A DNA stretch of 64,000 bases from Octopus vulgaris (GCA_951406725.2 OX597825.1:60884001-60948000), one strand, 5' to 3'. Shown: positions 11,169 through 25,199, counted from the first letter of the stretch. The notes: generated by a model from the sequence alone, not told the origin. Made by a program: numbers and translations.

Positions 11169-14092
11169 ATGGTCAAGATTGGTTGTGTGAATGCGCGTGG
11201 CTTGGGGTCTCCTTGGAAACAAGGATACCTCCTAAATGACATAAAGTCACACGATTTGGGAATCATAGCCATAAGTGAGACCAGACTCCACGAGCCACAG
11301 GCCCTAAAGTCCATGTTTGGCGGACAGTTTAACATTTATTTTTCTCCCTGTCTGCCGAGGATGGGCGGTAGTGGCACCGCGGTACTTTTTCACAGGAGCC
11401 TGGATCTCAAAGTCAAGACGATATTCGTAGACCCAGAGGGTAGACTGGTCGTTCTGGATGTCGACGGCAGCAATGGGTGCGCTTTTCGACTCGTATCAGT
11501 CTACGCACCGCCTTTAACAGGTCGGCTGGATTTCTTTCGACGTCTAGAAGTATTCCTGGGAACGTCTCGTCCTTTACTTTTAGTGGGGGATTGGAATGCT
11601 ACCTTGGACACGTATCTAGACTATGTGTGGAGAGACAAAAACAGAAGGGGATGCAAATGCCTCAGAGACCTGCTCAGACGATTCCAACTGTCTGACAGGT
11701 ACCGATTCGACCACCCAAATGCACCAACGTGGACATGGAGCAACCGCAGTGGGTCGTCGAGATCGTATCTAGATAGGATACTGTGTAGGACAGTAGACAG
11801 GGATAACTTAGGATGTCCACAATTCCACACAGTCAGCTACACGGATCACAAATTCGTGACGTGTACGCTAGACTTAGATAAGGCACATAGACAGGGTCCT
11901 GGTTACTGGAAACCGAACGCATCTTTCCCGTCCAGACAGGTTTTCAGAGACAGAATCAACACGTTAGTAAAAAGGGCTTTAACGGGAGCCATTGTCAACA
12001 ACAATTGGTGGTTCGCCCTCAAGAGAGCAGTAAAAGCGGAAGCAATTAGATATAGCAAGGCACTAGCCGTAGATAGAAATAGAGTAGAGGGTGAATTAGT
12101 TAAGAAGTTAGAAGAGGCATCACATCCGACGTTTTAGCGGCGAGGTTGGCCCTTGACCAACACTTCAACGCCAAACACGAAGGGTGTGCTGTCAGGGTTA
12201 GGATGCGTGCTCTAAGGATGGATGGCATTGGAGCCGCGAGGGAGGCCCGGGTGGCGGAAGCGCAGCAGGGCAACAAAGCCACTATTCGGTCTCTGGTAGA
12301 TGAACAAGGGCGCGAATTGCTCGAGCCCAGCAAGATGTGCGAGGCATTTCAGCGGCACTTTGCCCGACTGTACGAGACGAGTGGCGAGCGTGAACGCAGG
12401 GTGGACTTCAGTGCCTACGTGCACAGCCTACCACGACTCTCGGCAAGAGAGGCAGAGTGCTGCGAGGGTGCCATCACGGCGGCAGATGTGCGGGACGCAA
12501 TGGCAGAATGCTCGAGAGACAAATCGCCGGGTTTGGATGGTCTGCCCTACGAGTTTTACAATTGTATGCCAGACTTGTTTGGAGACGTCTTGGCAGCGGT
12601 ATACTGCAACTGGCAGCAAAACGGGAGCATACCCGGTTTTGTGAGTCGAGGAGCCGTAACGCTGCTGAAGAAAGATCCAAACAAGGGGGACATTATAGAT
12701 AACTTTAGACCAATCACCCTGCTCAATGCAGACCTGAAAATTTTGATCAAGGTGTTAGCCAAGAGGTTGGCGCTTGTCATCGAGAAACTGGTCGACAACG
12801 CACAAACGTGCGCTGTGCCGGGCCGGAGCATCCATGACAACCTCCATCTGATGCGCTACATCATAGACAGAGTAGTTAAGGAACTTGGCATGGGTGGGGC
12901 CCTGATCAATTTGGATCAATCGAACGCCTTCGATAGGGTAGATCATCGATACTTGGAGGCAGTCCTGAGAACGGCTGGTTTCGGTCCCGTCTTCCGCGGC
13001 TGGATAGCTGCCTTGTACAGAGGCATCCGTTCAGTAGTTCGCATAAATTGACATCTCTCGAGACCTTTCGACATTGCACGTTCGGTCCGTCAGGGATGCC
13101 TCTCGTCGCTTCTATACGTATTGACTCTCGAGCCACTACTGCGGAAGCTGGCGACTCTGAGGGGCATCCCGCGAGAATTGGGATGCGGGACGAGCGTGTC
13201 TGCATACGCGGACGACGTAACCGTCATAGTGTCAAGCCACGAGCACATCGAGCTGGTCGGCGAGACACTGAAAGACTACGAAGCGGTGACAGGAGCAAAA
13301 ATCAACCGGGAAAAGTCAGTGGGCTTGCGGCTCGGCACCTGGAGAAGCAAGCCCATGCCGTCCTCCGTCGTGGGACGCTGGACCGACGGCCCGGTTGAGT
13401 TGCTCGGGGTCTGGTTCGGCCCGGACCTCCAAATGGAGAAGAACTGGAACGAGATAACGAGTAGGGTGGTCACTCTCGCCCGGCAATGGGCCGAGAGGAA
13501 ACTGTCCCTAAAAGGTCGGGCGGAGGTGGCGAACACGTACATCGCGTCCATCATCTACTACCGCCTGACCGTCGTACCTTGTCCCGACCCCACCATCACC
13601 AAACTAGAACGCATTCTCTTCCGCTTCTTGTGGAAAGGATGCGTCTCGATGGTCAGGCGATCCATTTGCTGTCAACACCCGTTGGCACGCTGAGACTGCG
13701 ACATCTCCGGCTCTATGTAGACGACGGTAAACAGTTGTGGTCGCCGTTTGTGAGGCACGCATTCCCGCAGCTCGTCTTCATGACCGAACTGCAGTCGTGG
13801 ATCAAAAAGAGGCCGAGGAAGGGCGAATGGCACCGCGAGTGTCGCGTTGCTCTCAAGCAACTCTGCCGTCCCGGGTCGACATTGAGTGACTTCAACACAA
13901 CCAAAGCATTCTATAGGGGATTAGTGGAGTGGGATACGACGACGATCTTGGGGCAAACTTGGGCGTCGACGAGGAATACCTGACCCGCCTGTTTGAAACG
14001 ACTTTCGGGCCGGGACCTATGGACAAATTCCAGAGATCCCTGGCCTGGCGGTGCTACCGAGAAGCGCTACCCGTTCGGGATAAGCTCTATAG
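11169..14092 (+). pseudogene. LINE ORF2: apurinic-like endonuclease plus reverse transcriptase (disrupted)
   Basis: APE motifs VNARGL, IAISET, VGDWNA, SYLDRI, YTDH. RT motifs KSPGLDGLPYEFY, FRPITLLNADLKIL, LDQSNAFDRVDH, SVRQGC, AYADD. In-frame TGA at 13049-13051 and frameshifts near 12.13, 13.10, 13.69 and 13.93 kb. Confidence 0.93.
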
Positions 14093-14241
14093 GTTGAGCA
14101 CTGGCATTGATGTACCTGACTTACTCCCTCCCCCGACAAGTTGGCCTTGCCCTAAAATTTGAAACCAATATTTCTTATTTTCGTACCTTGCTGAATAGGG
14201 CAGATGTAGAAAAATTTAGGCCTAATGTCTGGCATTTTAAT

Positions 14242-14291
<50 letters not shown>

Positions 14292-14540
14292 TGCATATGT
14301 GCGTGTATGTAGCAGGCCTCTGCCTTCATTCTGCTGGATTTCCACCTTCGATCCACATCTTACTCATAGAACCATAAAAGGCAACTCTCTGAAGGAACAG
14401 AACATCCATGTAAATGTTTACCCGCCAGCAAACGTAAACCCGGAAGAAATGCAGCTAATCCTTTCATTCGGGGTGCAAAGGATTCTCCTACCTCGCCGCT
14501 TTTTTTCTTCATTATAATATAGATGCACATAAAGTAATGA

Positions 14541-14758
14541 GGGGGGTAAGCTGGCAGAATCGTTAGCATGCTGGTCAAAAGGCTTAGCGGCATTTGGTCT
14601 GTCTTTATGTTTTTAGTTCAAATGTCGCCGAGGTCGACTTAGCTTCCCATCCATTTCCGGGATGGTAAAATAAGTATCAGTTCAGCACAGCGGGATTCAA
14701 TGTAATCGACTTACACCCTCTTCTGAAATTGCTGGCCTTGTGCCAAAATTTGAAACCA
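14541..14758 (+). mobile_element. tRNA-derived SINE, family A (Meta-domain-like), alternative tail
   Basis: GCTGGCAGAATCGTTAGC head, GTTCAAAT B box, tail GCTGGCCTTGTGCCAAAATTTGAAACCA. Confidence 0.75.
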
Positions 14759-15675
14759 GCGTAAAAACCTATTTTTTTTACATTTGTAAGATGTACTCAG
14801 TTAAATGAAAGGAACGTATAGAAACACCTATTTATTTTGTATGGTCATTCTTGTTGACGAACGCAGCCTCTTCCTTAATTGCTTATTATTAACGACATAA
14901 CAATGAACACAAAAATCTCATGTCTGACATTTGTTCCAACAGAAATAGCTACAGACATCCTTTTCACTGTTGCAGCACGAGTAGCGATGTCTGTAAGTAA
15001 TGAGGAATTAGTAACTGAAACGGTGCATTAATATAGAAAAATTTACGTTTCAAATGTAAATGGTGCTTTGGTACTGCAAATATGTATAAGTAGTGAAGAT
15101 CTGAATAAATACTGTAAACAGTACTTTACTACTGGAAATAGTACACTGATATTGTAAATATGCATTAGGAAGTAGCGCACTGGTGTTTATATGGTGTAGT
15201 AATACTGTAGATGTAATATTGAGACTGTAAATGAGTGCTGGCATTGTGAAAGATGCATTACAAAAGTAAACTATGCATTCCTATTGTAAATGTGCATTAG
15301 TCCAGTAAACTGTGCATTAGCAATATAAACAGTCTGTTGGTACTGTTAACGGTGCATTAGAACAGAAAGTATATAAGAATGATCTAAGTATTCAGTTCCA
15401 TGATTTCGAAATAATTTATTCGTTTACATTCCCTGTGGTTACTGTTTAACAGTTCAGCCTTGATTCCGTAAACCTTTAATCATAAGTGCTCCATCTTTGA
15501 TGATCCTCCGTCTTTACAGACTCTAACGTCATTGTCTAGGGACTCATTGATTTCTTAAAACAAGAGACGTGAAGAAGAAGCAGACGCTATTTGTATTGAG
15601 AGAAAACACTTTCTAGAGGATTTTTCGTTGGCTAGTAACGTTTATTACTGTTATAACGAGGGTATATAGGTCTTG

Positions 15676-15930
15676 TGGAGGCGCGTGGCTCAGTGGTTAG
15701 GGTGTCAGCTTCATGATCGTAAGATTGTGATTTCGATTCCTGGACCGGGTGACGCGTTGTGTTCATGAGCAAAATACTTCATTTTACGCTGCTCCAGTCC
15801 ACTCAGCTGGCAAAAATGAGTAACGCTGCGATGGGCTGGCGTCCCGTCCAGCTGGGGAACACATACGCCATAGAAACCGGGAAACCGGGGCCCATGAGCC
15901 TGGCTAGGCTTTCAAAAGGGCGCATTTATA
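15676..15930 (+). mobile_element. tRNA-derived SINE, family C
   Basis: TGGCTCAGTGG...TTCGATTCC head. Body shared with the 5970 copy. Confidence 0.8.
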
Positions 15931-16452
15931 TATATAGGTTTGGTGTAAAATGGCATTACACATAAATAGTTGGTTGTGGTTATCTAAAAATAACCTATCA
16001 CATAAATATGTCAACACAGAACGCATTCCGTACTACTCAAACGTAAGTATATAATACTCAATATTCACTGTTCAACTACCGACTGTTAAAACAACACACG
16101 TCTAACTAACACGGTTAACCAACACTGTTACAACACGGCTAAACTAACACCGTCCACTAACCGCTTCACCCACCACTCACAGTTCACTCACTTCTTATTT
16201 ATCGTAATCGGTTAGTCCACCTTCAGTCCCGTGGGGTTGTTCAGGATCCTCCCATAACAATTACCGAGCGTTCACAATGGATTCTCTATTAATTAATCCC
16301 AAAGTAATATAGCCTTAGTCATAGCTGTGCACTTAACAAATTTGCTTGACAATCGTGGGGTTTCATTTTGAGATCCACTTCGGGGCACCTTGGGCAAGTA
16401 TCTTCTATTATAGCTTAGGGCCGACAAAAGCCTTGTGTGGATTTGGCGAATG

Positions 16453-16699
<247 letters not shown>

Positions 16700-16734
16700 G
16701 CCTGTCGTTTGTGTGTATATACTAATATCTTTTG

Positions 16735-17085
16735 TCTTTCATCTTTTAGTTGTTTCCGTCATTAGACTGCGGCCATGCTGGTGCACCACTTTGCAGAATT
16801 TTTAATTTATGGAATCATCCCCAGTAATTGCTTTTGAAGTAGGATACTTATGTTATCGGTCTCTTCTGCTAAACTGCTATGTTACGAGGATGTAAATATA
16901 CCAACACCAGTTTCAAGTGGTTGTGAGGCACAAAAATAGACATAAAGACACACACACACACGCTCATATACGATAGGCTTCCTTCAGTTTCCACCTTCTA
17001 AATCCACACACAAAACTTGGTTGGCTCGAATCTATAGCAGTAGACACTTACCTAAGGCGCAATGCAGTGGGACTTAACTCAAAAC
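16735..17085 (-). mobile_element. SINE family B, degenerate
   Basis: GACTGCGGCCATGCTGG...CTTCAGTTTCC...GCAGTGGGAC. Confidence 0.7.
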
Positions 17086-17115
17086 CAACATGTGCGTGCG
17101 CGTGTGTGTGTATGA

Positions 17116-17173
<58 letters not shown>

Positions 17174-18087
17174 TTCTGTCACTTTGTTTTGACATCGCGT
17201 GATAGTTGTAAATGACAGTCACTGCTATACAACCAGTGTCATTCGATTCCAGTGTTCGCCGAAAACCTGTCTGTTTATGAGAAAATATTACCTTGCTTTG
17301 AAGCAAGTGCAGGTTGGCGACAGAAAGGGTATCTGACCGTAAAATCAATCAATCCCAACGAATTTCGTCAGGCAAGGGAAATCGAACACTAAGCGATGAG
17401 TATAGCGATGATGATGGTGATGGTAGTGGTGGTAGTGGTGGTGATTACGACGACGACCACGATGACACCAATGATGATGGTGATGATAATGTATTACTGG
17501 TAACTGGTGTATATAATATACTCAAAGAGCGAACGGCAAAGATGGCTGCCGTACGACGGAAAATGAATATAAAGGGAGGTAAATGAGTACTACACAGTAT
17601 TAAGTACAGTAACCTATTGTATATGCCAAAATCACTTCTCTTTACTGTGTATAATATAAATACTGGATCTCAGATTTTATCTGACTGTCTGTGATATTGT
17701 AGATATTGTGTCAAGAATACAATATGGCATTTGAACGTTCTCCGTGCTTATAGTTACTTCGCTACCCACCCGTCATTCTTCCATGCTTTTGTCGATCAAA
17801 AACCGTTGTTTATGTGAAAGCTGTCAGTAGCAGTTAGTATATTCCTGGTTTTAATGCCATCTCTTTATCATTCCAATCAAATAAACCAAAATATTGGCAC
17901 CAATTACAATCTTGTAGCAACACTGTGAATAAACAAACCAAGTGCACGAACGAACTTTCAAATGTCATGTATATTTTCTATCTTTGATAATCTATGCTGC
18001 ATCATGTGTCCGTGCGCGTACAGACGTGTGTATATGTGTGTGTTTATATAGATATATATAAACATATATATAAATCTACACACACAT

Positions 18088-18124
<37 letters not shown>

Positions 18125-18245
18125 CATATATACATACACGCATTTAAATGTATGTAAATATATATACATACATATATATACATATATACATATACGCTTT
18201 TATACGTATATAAATAAATATGTATATACATACACATACATACAT

Positions 18246-18277
<32 letters not shown>

Positions 18278-19149
18278 GTATATACGTATATATATATAGC
18301 CTTGTATGTGTATTTGTAAAACGTGTTTATGTTTATGAATATATATACTTGTGCATGTGTGTGTATGTGTATATATATATGTTTATGTGTATGTGTTTAT
18401 ATATGTGTGTGTATGTGTATATATATATTTATGTGTATATATATATGCATGCATATATATGTATATATACACACACGCACACGCACACACATATATACAT
18501 ATATATGATTGTATTAATGAATGTATACATGTACGTTTGTGTGTATATCCATTTGTGTGTGTTCATTGTTATATATATATGTACCATATCTATGTGCGCG
18601 CGGTTGTGTTTGAGCGTGTGTGCGTATATGTGTTTTATTCACTGTACATGTTATACCGTGTGTATGCTTTTGATTATTATTCTTTTTTTGTGTATCCTCA
18701 TATGTTTGTATCTCCTTGTTAGTGTTTCATATTGTGTTGTTTAAACTGATCGTCTGCCTTCTGGCAATATTTGAAAGAAACTTTTAAAAATACAGACAGT
18801 TTCTTTCTTTTTCTCAAAGTCCACTCTGAAAGTTCTGAAAGTTTTATGTTATCTTTATATATTTATTTCATTTTCTTATACTGCAAAGTCTTACATAGAC
18901 ATCGTTGGTAAGGCTGAATCATTAAGCTTTTCAACAACTAACGAAGAATACCGACAGAAATCTTCAAACATTTACACAAGTGACACTGCAATGAAGTCGC
19001 ACCAATAAACTTTACATATTTACTTTATCATGTTATTCCTTACACCTCGTACAGTTTTCTGCAATGGAGGCTTTGAGAAATTTTATATGGGTGTTGGCAA
19101 AAAGAAAAAAGGCTTTAATTTTCAAAAATATTTCCAGTTTTCATTCTGT

Positions 19150-19530
19150 CTAAATGTGCATATACATACATGTTCGAAATTCCACTTTAAACTAGGTGAA
19201 ATATTAAAGATTAAATCAAATTTCACCTGTGCCTCGGAAAATCTAATTGATGCCATTACATACTTAGAGTGGGGTAATAATTATATTAGCCAAACAAGAA
19301 TATCACTCCTTCGGAAAACCACTCTTCACAAAGAACAAATCCGCCACCCACAATACAGACAGATACAGGTTAGTGAACACATAGAAAGGTGTGCTAAGAA
19401 TCTTAATCCTAATTTCCTAATTTTCCCCTTCTATCAATGTTCACAGAACGCCTCAGTACAATAAAGAATGAATAAAGAGGCAACTTTCATTAATTAATAT
19501 GTTCCACAACTCAGTATGAACACATAACAA
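19150..19530 (+). pseudogene. Penelope-like GIY-YIG endonuclease remnant
   Basis: ORF 19030-19464 contains FTCASENLIDAITYLEWGNNYISQT...TTLHKEQIRHPQYRQIQVSEHIERC, matching PLE C..NLIY.I.C..C...YIGQT...R...H. Confidence 0.75.
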
Positions 19531-19656
19531 TACAGAACACTCCTAACCTTTTAATTAATACCACTAACGCCCATACATCCCATCCACTATTCACATTACA
19601 GATCTATATCTACCCTAATTGCACCAAATACAGAACTACTTACCTTCTTTACACAT

Positions 19657-20061
19657 AGGCGCAGGAGTGGCTGTGTGGTAAGTAGCTTGCTAACAAACCA
19701 TATGGTTCCGGGTTCAGTCCCACTGCGTGGCATCTTGGGCAAGTGTCTTCTGCTATAGCCCCGGGCCGACCAATGCCTTGTGAGTGGATTTGGTAGACGG
19801 AAACTGAAAGAAGCCTGTCGTATATATGTATATATATGTGTTTGTGTGTTTGTGTGTTTGTCCCCCTAGCATTGCTTGACAACCGATGCTGGTGTGTTTA
19901 CGTCCCCGTCACTTAGCGGTTCGGCAAAAGAGACCGATAGAATAAGTACTGGGCTTACAAAGAATAAGTCCCGGGGTCGATTTGCTCGACTAGAGGTGGT
20001 GCTCCAGCATGGCCGCAGTCAAATGACTGAAACAATTAAAAGAGTAAAAGAGTAAAGAGTA
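19657..20061 (+). mobile_element. tRNA-derived SINE, family B (CORE-like, internal microsatellite)
   Basis: TGGCTGTGTGG and GGTTCAGTCCC boxes, CTTGGGCAAGTG core, internal (TA)(TG) tract, (AAAAGAGT)n tail. Confidence 0.88.
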
Positions 20062-20431
20062 TACTCTTTTTACTAAGCAATGATTAGTAAATTTACGAAA
20101 CCGGTATGCTTTTAAATCTATTTAACAATTTACAATAATAACCTTTATTACTTTTATTCCTACCTGAGTTCATCTAAATGTATATATCTATCCTTACCAA
20201 ACTGAAACCAACAAAAAGCTGGGGTGCTTTCACTGTCCAAACTTGCACACGACATGTTTGAAAGCATTCATAACTCTAGATGCTCCTGAGTTCGGAGTCG
20301 ATACGACGTGTATACACATATATACATATATGTGTGAGAGTATGCGTGCGTATGTGTGCGTATGGGCGCGTATATATGCATGTATGTGTGTATGTATATA
20401 TATGTATGTAGGTAGGTAGGGTGGTATATAT

Positions 20432-20841
20432 ATACTCTTTTACTCTTTAACTTGTTTCAGTCATTTGACTGTGGCCATGCTGGAGCACCACCTTTTAGTC
20501 GAGCAAATCGACCCCAGGACTTATTCTTTGTAAGCCTAGTACTTATTATATCGGTGTCTTTTGCCGAACCGCTAAGTTACGGGGACGTAAACACAACAGC
20601 ATCGGTTGTCAAGCGATGTTGGCGGGACAAACACAGACACACAAACACGCACACACATATATATACATATATATACGACGGGCTTCTTTCAGTTTCCGTC
20701 TACCAAATCCATTCACAAGGCTTTGGTTGGGCCGAGGCTATAGTAGAAGACACTTACCCAAGGTGCCACGCAGTGGGACTGAACCCGGAACCATGTGGTT
20801 GGTAAGCAAGCTACTTACCACACGGCCACTTCTACGCCTAT
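20432..20841 (-). mobile_element. SINE family B
   Basis: Reverse-complement homolog of 19657-20061. Confidence 0.88.
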
Positions 20842-21580
20842 ATACTCTTTAACTTCCTTCTTATATTCTCTTCTATGATAAACTAAGTATTCTTATTACG
20901 AACTAGTGTATGTAAGAGCCTGCATCTAAACTGGTAACTGGTATATATAATATACTCAAAGAACGAACGGTTAAGATGGCTACCTTACGATGATGAACAC
21001 TTAGAAATGAACACTTAGAATATAAAGGGAGGTAAATGAGTACTATATACACTTTAACTTCCTTCTTATAACTCTTCTATGATAAACTAAGTATTCTTAT
21101 TTACGAACTAGTGTATGTAAGAGCCTGCATCTCTCCTTCTGTTGTACTTTTGCCAACACTGATGAAAAGGGCCGCATGTATTAATCATATAACTATGTAT
21201 CTAAGCTCACTTAATTGATGTTTGCTGATCTTCTGAAGCACGTATACTTTATATAAAGCATAAATACCGATTACATCTTCTGTATTCATTTTTACACCCA
21301 TTCATACATACATACTTACATACATATATTAAACGCGCACACATATATATACGCACACACAAACGTACACACACGACACGCACGCGCACACATACACACG
21401 CACACACATACACACACATACGAACGCATAAACACGCAAGCACAAAAGAGTAAATAAAACAAGATGGGTTCCTAAGTAGAACAGGATTCAAAATCGCGAA
21501 TGCAATCTTTAATAGCATTTATATTAATAATTGTAGCCAATAATATCTGATACACAAACATGGATGATGCGTGATAGTCC

Positions 21581-21583
<3 letters not shown>

Positions 21584-21643
<60 letters not shown>

Positions 21644-21693
21644 ATCTATCTATCTATCTATCTATATATATATATATATATCTTTCTATCTAC

Positions 21694-21734
<41 letters not shown>

Positions 21735-21754
21735 AATTCTATCTTTTTATCTAC

Positions 21755-21795
<41 letters not shown>

Positions 21796-21870
21796 GATCT
21801 ATCTATTTATCTATCTTTCTATCGATGTATCTATCTATCTATCTATCTATCTATCTACCTATCTATCTAT
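21584..21870. repeat. (CTAT)n microsatellite
   Basis: Read directly. Others at 8597-8722, 38349-38440 and 54440-54535. Confidence 0.95.
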
Positions 21871-21913
21871 CGGCCTGTCAGTCTGTCCATCTGTCCGTCT
21901 GTCTGTCTTTCTT

Positions 21914-21976
<63 letters not shown>

Positions 21977-22494
21977 ATCTATATATGTATGTGTGTATGT
22001 GTATGAATGTGTATATATATATATATATCATATACATAGACACACACATACATGCATTAATATATATATACAAGTGTGTGGTTATCTAAATATATAGATG
22101 TGTGTGTGTGTGCGCTGTGTAGTACGTTAGATATGCTGTTTAGTTCTTCACATTAAACTTCTAGATCATTCTGATATTTTAGGTTTAAGATTAAGATGTT
22201 TAATATACACGTTATTAAACGTTATATCCAAGTAAACGCATATAATGTTTAATATCGTCTTATATTTAAATAACTTCTCCTTAACGGTGTTCATATTCCT
22301 TAAATAAATTCTCTTCTCAAATTTCGATTCATGGTGTGATATTGCTCTACGTTATAACTCAGCGGCAACAGATTATCAAATTTATTGATATCCTACATGT
22401 TCGGATCGCACAGTGACTTCCTTTGGGGTATCTATGTTCCACCAAGCCAATGGTTTTTTTCACTGCATATTTTTCTAGCAATTTGTCCTTACCT

Positions 22495-22858
22495 CCTTTA
22501 CTCTTTTACTTGTTTCAGTCAATTGACTGCGGCCATGCTGGAGCACCGCCTTTTAGTCGAGCAAATCGACCCTGGGACTTATTCTTTGTAAGCCCCGAAC
22601 CGCTAAGTGACGTGGACATAAACACACAAGCATCGGTTGTCAAGCAATGCTAGTGGGAAAAACACAGACACACAAACATACACACACACATATACATACA
22701 TATATACGACGAGCTTCTTTCAGTTTCCGTCTACTAAATCCACTCACAAGGCTTTGGTCGGCCCAAAGCTATAGTAAAAAACACTTGCCCAGGGTTCCAC
22801 GCAGTGGGACTGAATCCGGAACAATGTGGTTGGTAAGTAAGCTACGTACCACACAGCC
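22495..22858 (-). mobile_element. SINE family B
   Basis: Homology with an internal deletion. Confidence 0.85.
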
Positions 22859-23100
22859 TCTAACGTTAATAGGATAGACTATGTATCTTTTTTATATTTA
22901 AAACAAAGAAACATGAAAAAGAAGGAAAAAAAGAAGAGTTGATCTACGGTGGAAAATCACAAAATATTTAATACTTTTAACACAATGAGAGTATTTGGAG
23001 TTGTGTGGAGAAATGTTTTAAAACGTTTCAAAAGGTCTTTACTTTTTTGGTATTTCCGAAGAAATCTCCAGCATAGTCCCTCATACTTCTGTTTGATACC

Positions 23101-23330
23101 TATTTCTTTATTACTCACAAGGGGCTAAACACAGAGTGGACAAACAAGGACAGACAAATGGATTAAGTCGATTACATCGACCCCAGTGCGTAACTGGTAC
23201 TTAATTTATCGACCCCAAAAGGATGAAAGGCAAAGTCGACCTCGGCGGAATTTGAACTCACAACGTAACGCAGACGAAATACCGCTAAGCATTTCGCCCG
23301 GCGTGCTAACGTTTCTGCCAGCTCGCCGCT
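23101..23330 (-). mobile_element. SINE family A, full length with TSD
   Basis: CTTCTGTTTGATACC duplicated at 23086-23100 and 23333-23347. Central CCTTTCATCCTTT.GGGGTCGATAAA. Confidence 0.88.
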
Positions 23331-23697
23331 CTCTTCTGTTTGATACCATCTTCATCCGCACCAATATCAGCAACATTATTATTATTATCTTTTGATAGTA
23401 CACTTACTTTCGCTTTCCATGCTACCATGGCTTGGCGAAGTTTTCACGATGAGAGTGAGTTCATTCTTTGGAAACGCTCCTTCGACTGAGAGATACTCGC
23501 ACGTATCATTTGACCTGACTCCTGCTACTGGACGCCTTTACTATCGACAAACACTTCACAGAGCGTACTGAATGTATTGTTCGTGCCTTCAACATTAGAG
23601 AAGTTTGAAAATAGAGGGTCCTTAGATCAAGCACACATAAACAAACATTTACCTAAAACTGCTTCATCTTAACAAAAAGATGGTTCACAATAGCTCT

Positions 23698-24360
23698 AAG
23701 CACAAGCGTGGCTTTGCAGTAATAAGTTTGCTTCCAAACCACATAGTTTCGGTCTGGTCTTGGTTCCCATGCACGGCATCTTGGCTAGTTGTCTTCTACT
23801 ATAGCCTGAGTTAACCAAAGCCTTGTAAGTGGATTTGATTAATAGAAACTTAAAGAAGCCCGTCGTATATACATATATCACTTTGATCACTTTGACCGAC
23901 CAGTCCGTCAGGCGTCCATTTGACACCGCTGGTCACAGAACGCTGTCCACTCCTCTCTTAATCGCGCCTTTCTCATCAACGTGATCCCAATCGTCATCCT
24001 GAAATAGTAATTCCACCGTCGTGGAGGTCTTCTGGGTGGTCTTTTCCTCTCACGCGGCTACCACTCGTCAACTGCGTGCGTCCACCGATTATCGGTGAGC
24101 CGGGCGACGTGTCCAGCTCATCTATACTTGCTGCGTGTATACTCTGCGATACATATATAAATATATTTATATGTGTATGTGTTCCTTTGTGTCTGTGCTT
24201 GAGTTGGTGTGTTTATGTCCCCTTAGCCTAGCAGTTCGGTAAAACAGACCGATACGCTAAGAACCAGGGTTAAAAAGTTAGCACTTGGATCGATTCTTTC
24301 GACTAAAATGCTTCCAGACTGAGTCCCAGCATTGTCACAGTCTAATGACTGAAAGATGTA
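23698..24360 (+). mobile_element. SINE family B, split by an RTE insertion
   Basis: Head at 23698-23870, remainder at about 24160-24360. Confidence 0.7.
23879..24148 (-). mobile_element. RTE-clade LINE 3' end, 5'-truncated, nested in a SINE
   Basis: Minus strand reads AGHVARLTDNRWTHAVDEW*PRERKRPPRRPPRRW. Tandem tail (TCAAAGTGA)2. ATACATATAT duplicated at 23869-23878 and 24149-24158. Confidence 0.8.
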
Positions 24361-24477
24361 CAAGGAATGTTAAACGACAAATGTCTGCGAATTTTGGCCT
24401 GACGATGTTGTTCAAGGAAAGATTTCGCATATGTACATGCACGTGAACTGGTACCAGTGTGTGTGTTTGTGTTTGTA

Positions 24478-24534
<57 letters not shown>

Positions 24535-25199
24535 GTGAATACGTGTGTATGTATTAGTATAGTATATATATATGCATATTTTTAAGTGGGGATGGTGAAG
24601 CACTTTGAACAAATACATTGCTGAACTAAACCGCCTTCATTGCGCGAGTATTGCAGTGTATCTGCAGATGATACATCATGTTGGTTGTGTTTTTCAGCTC
24701 GTCTAGATTAGGAGAATTGATAACTAATCCTGCAGGAATGATATATGTCAATAATTGTCGTTCGATGTAGAAGCTGATTTATATTTCATCTGTATAAAGT
24801 TGCTAGACTTGTACTTAAGCATCTGTTTTATGTACTCATGTATCTCGTAAAAATACGATATATTTAGGGTTATAAATAGTATCATATACAGCGAAACTTC
24901 GAAATAATTGTCAATAAAATCATAATAAATATTAGATGATACACGTGTATTAAATCGCTTATGATTTAGTATAAATGCGCCAAACCGAGAACATTACTTG
25001 GCATGTCACAAATGTATAATACTTCGCAACAAAATTATTTAGTATATCACAAATGTATAATATTTCGCAACAATATTTCCACATTAGCGCTCCCAACGCG
25101 TATCCAAACCAATTTTTAAAGCAGGAGATATACCGCCAGAAAAGAAAAAAATAACCTCATTCTATACTAGACATTAGAAAACAAACGCAAAAGTAAATA

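Larger units (their letters stand above)
8723..14092 (+). mobile_element. Tx1/L1-clade non-LTR retrotransposon, degenerate and 3'-truncated
   Basis: Begins right after the (CTAT)n tract. It has an ORF1-like region with a Zn-knuckle remnant, then an APE+RT ORF2 with stops and frameshifts. It ends abruptly at a SINE tail fragment. Confidence 0.9.

Noticed and set aside
15676-15750. Possible tRNA genes at SINE heads
   Set aside because: A and B boxes are present but run straight into SINE bodies, and no convincing cloverleaf is seen.
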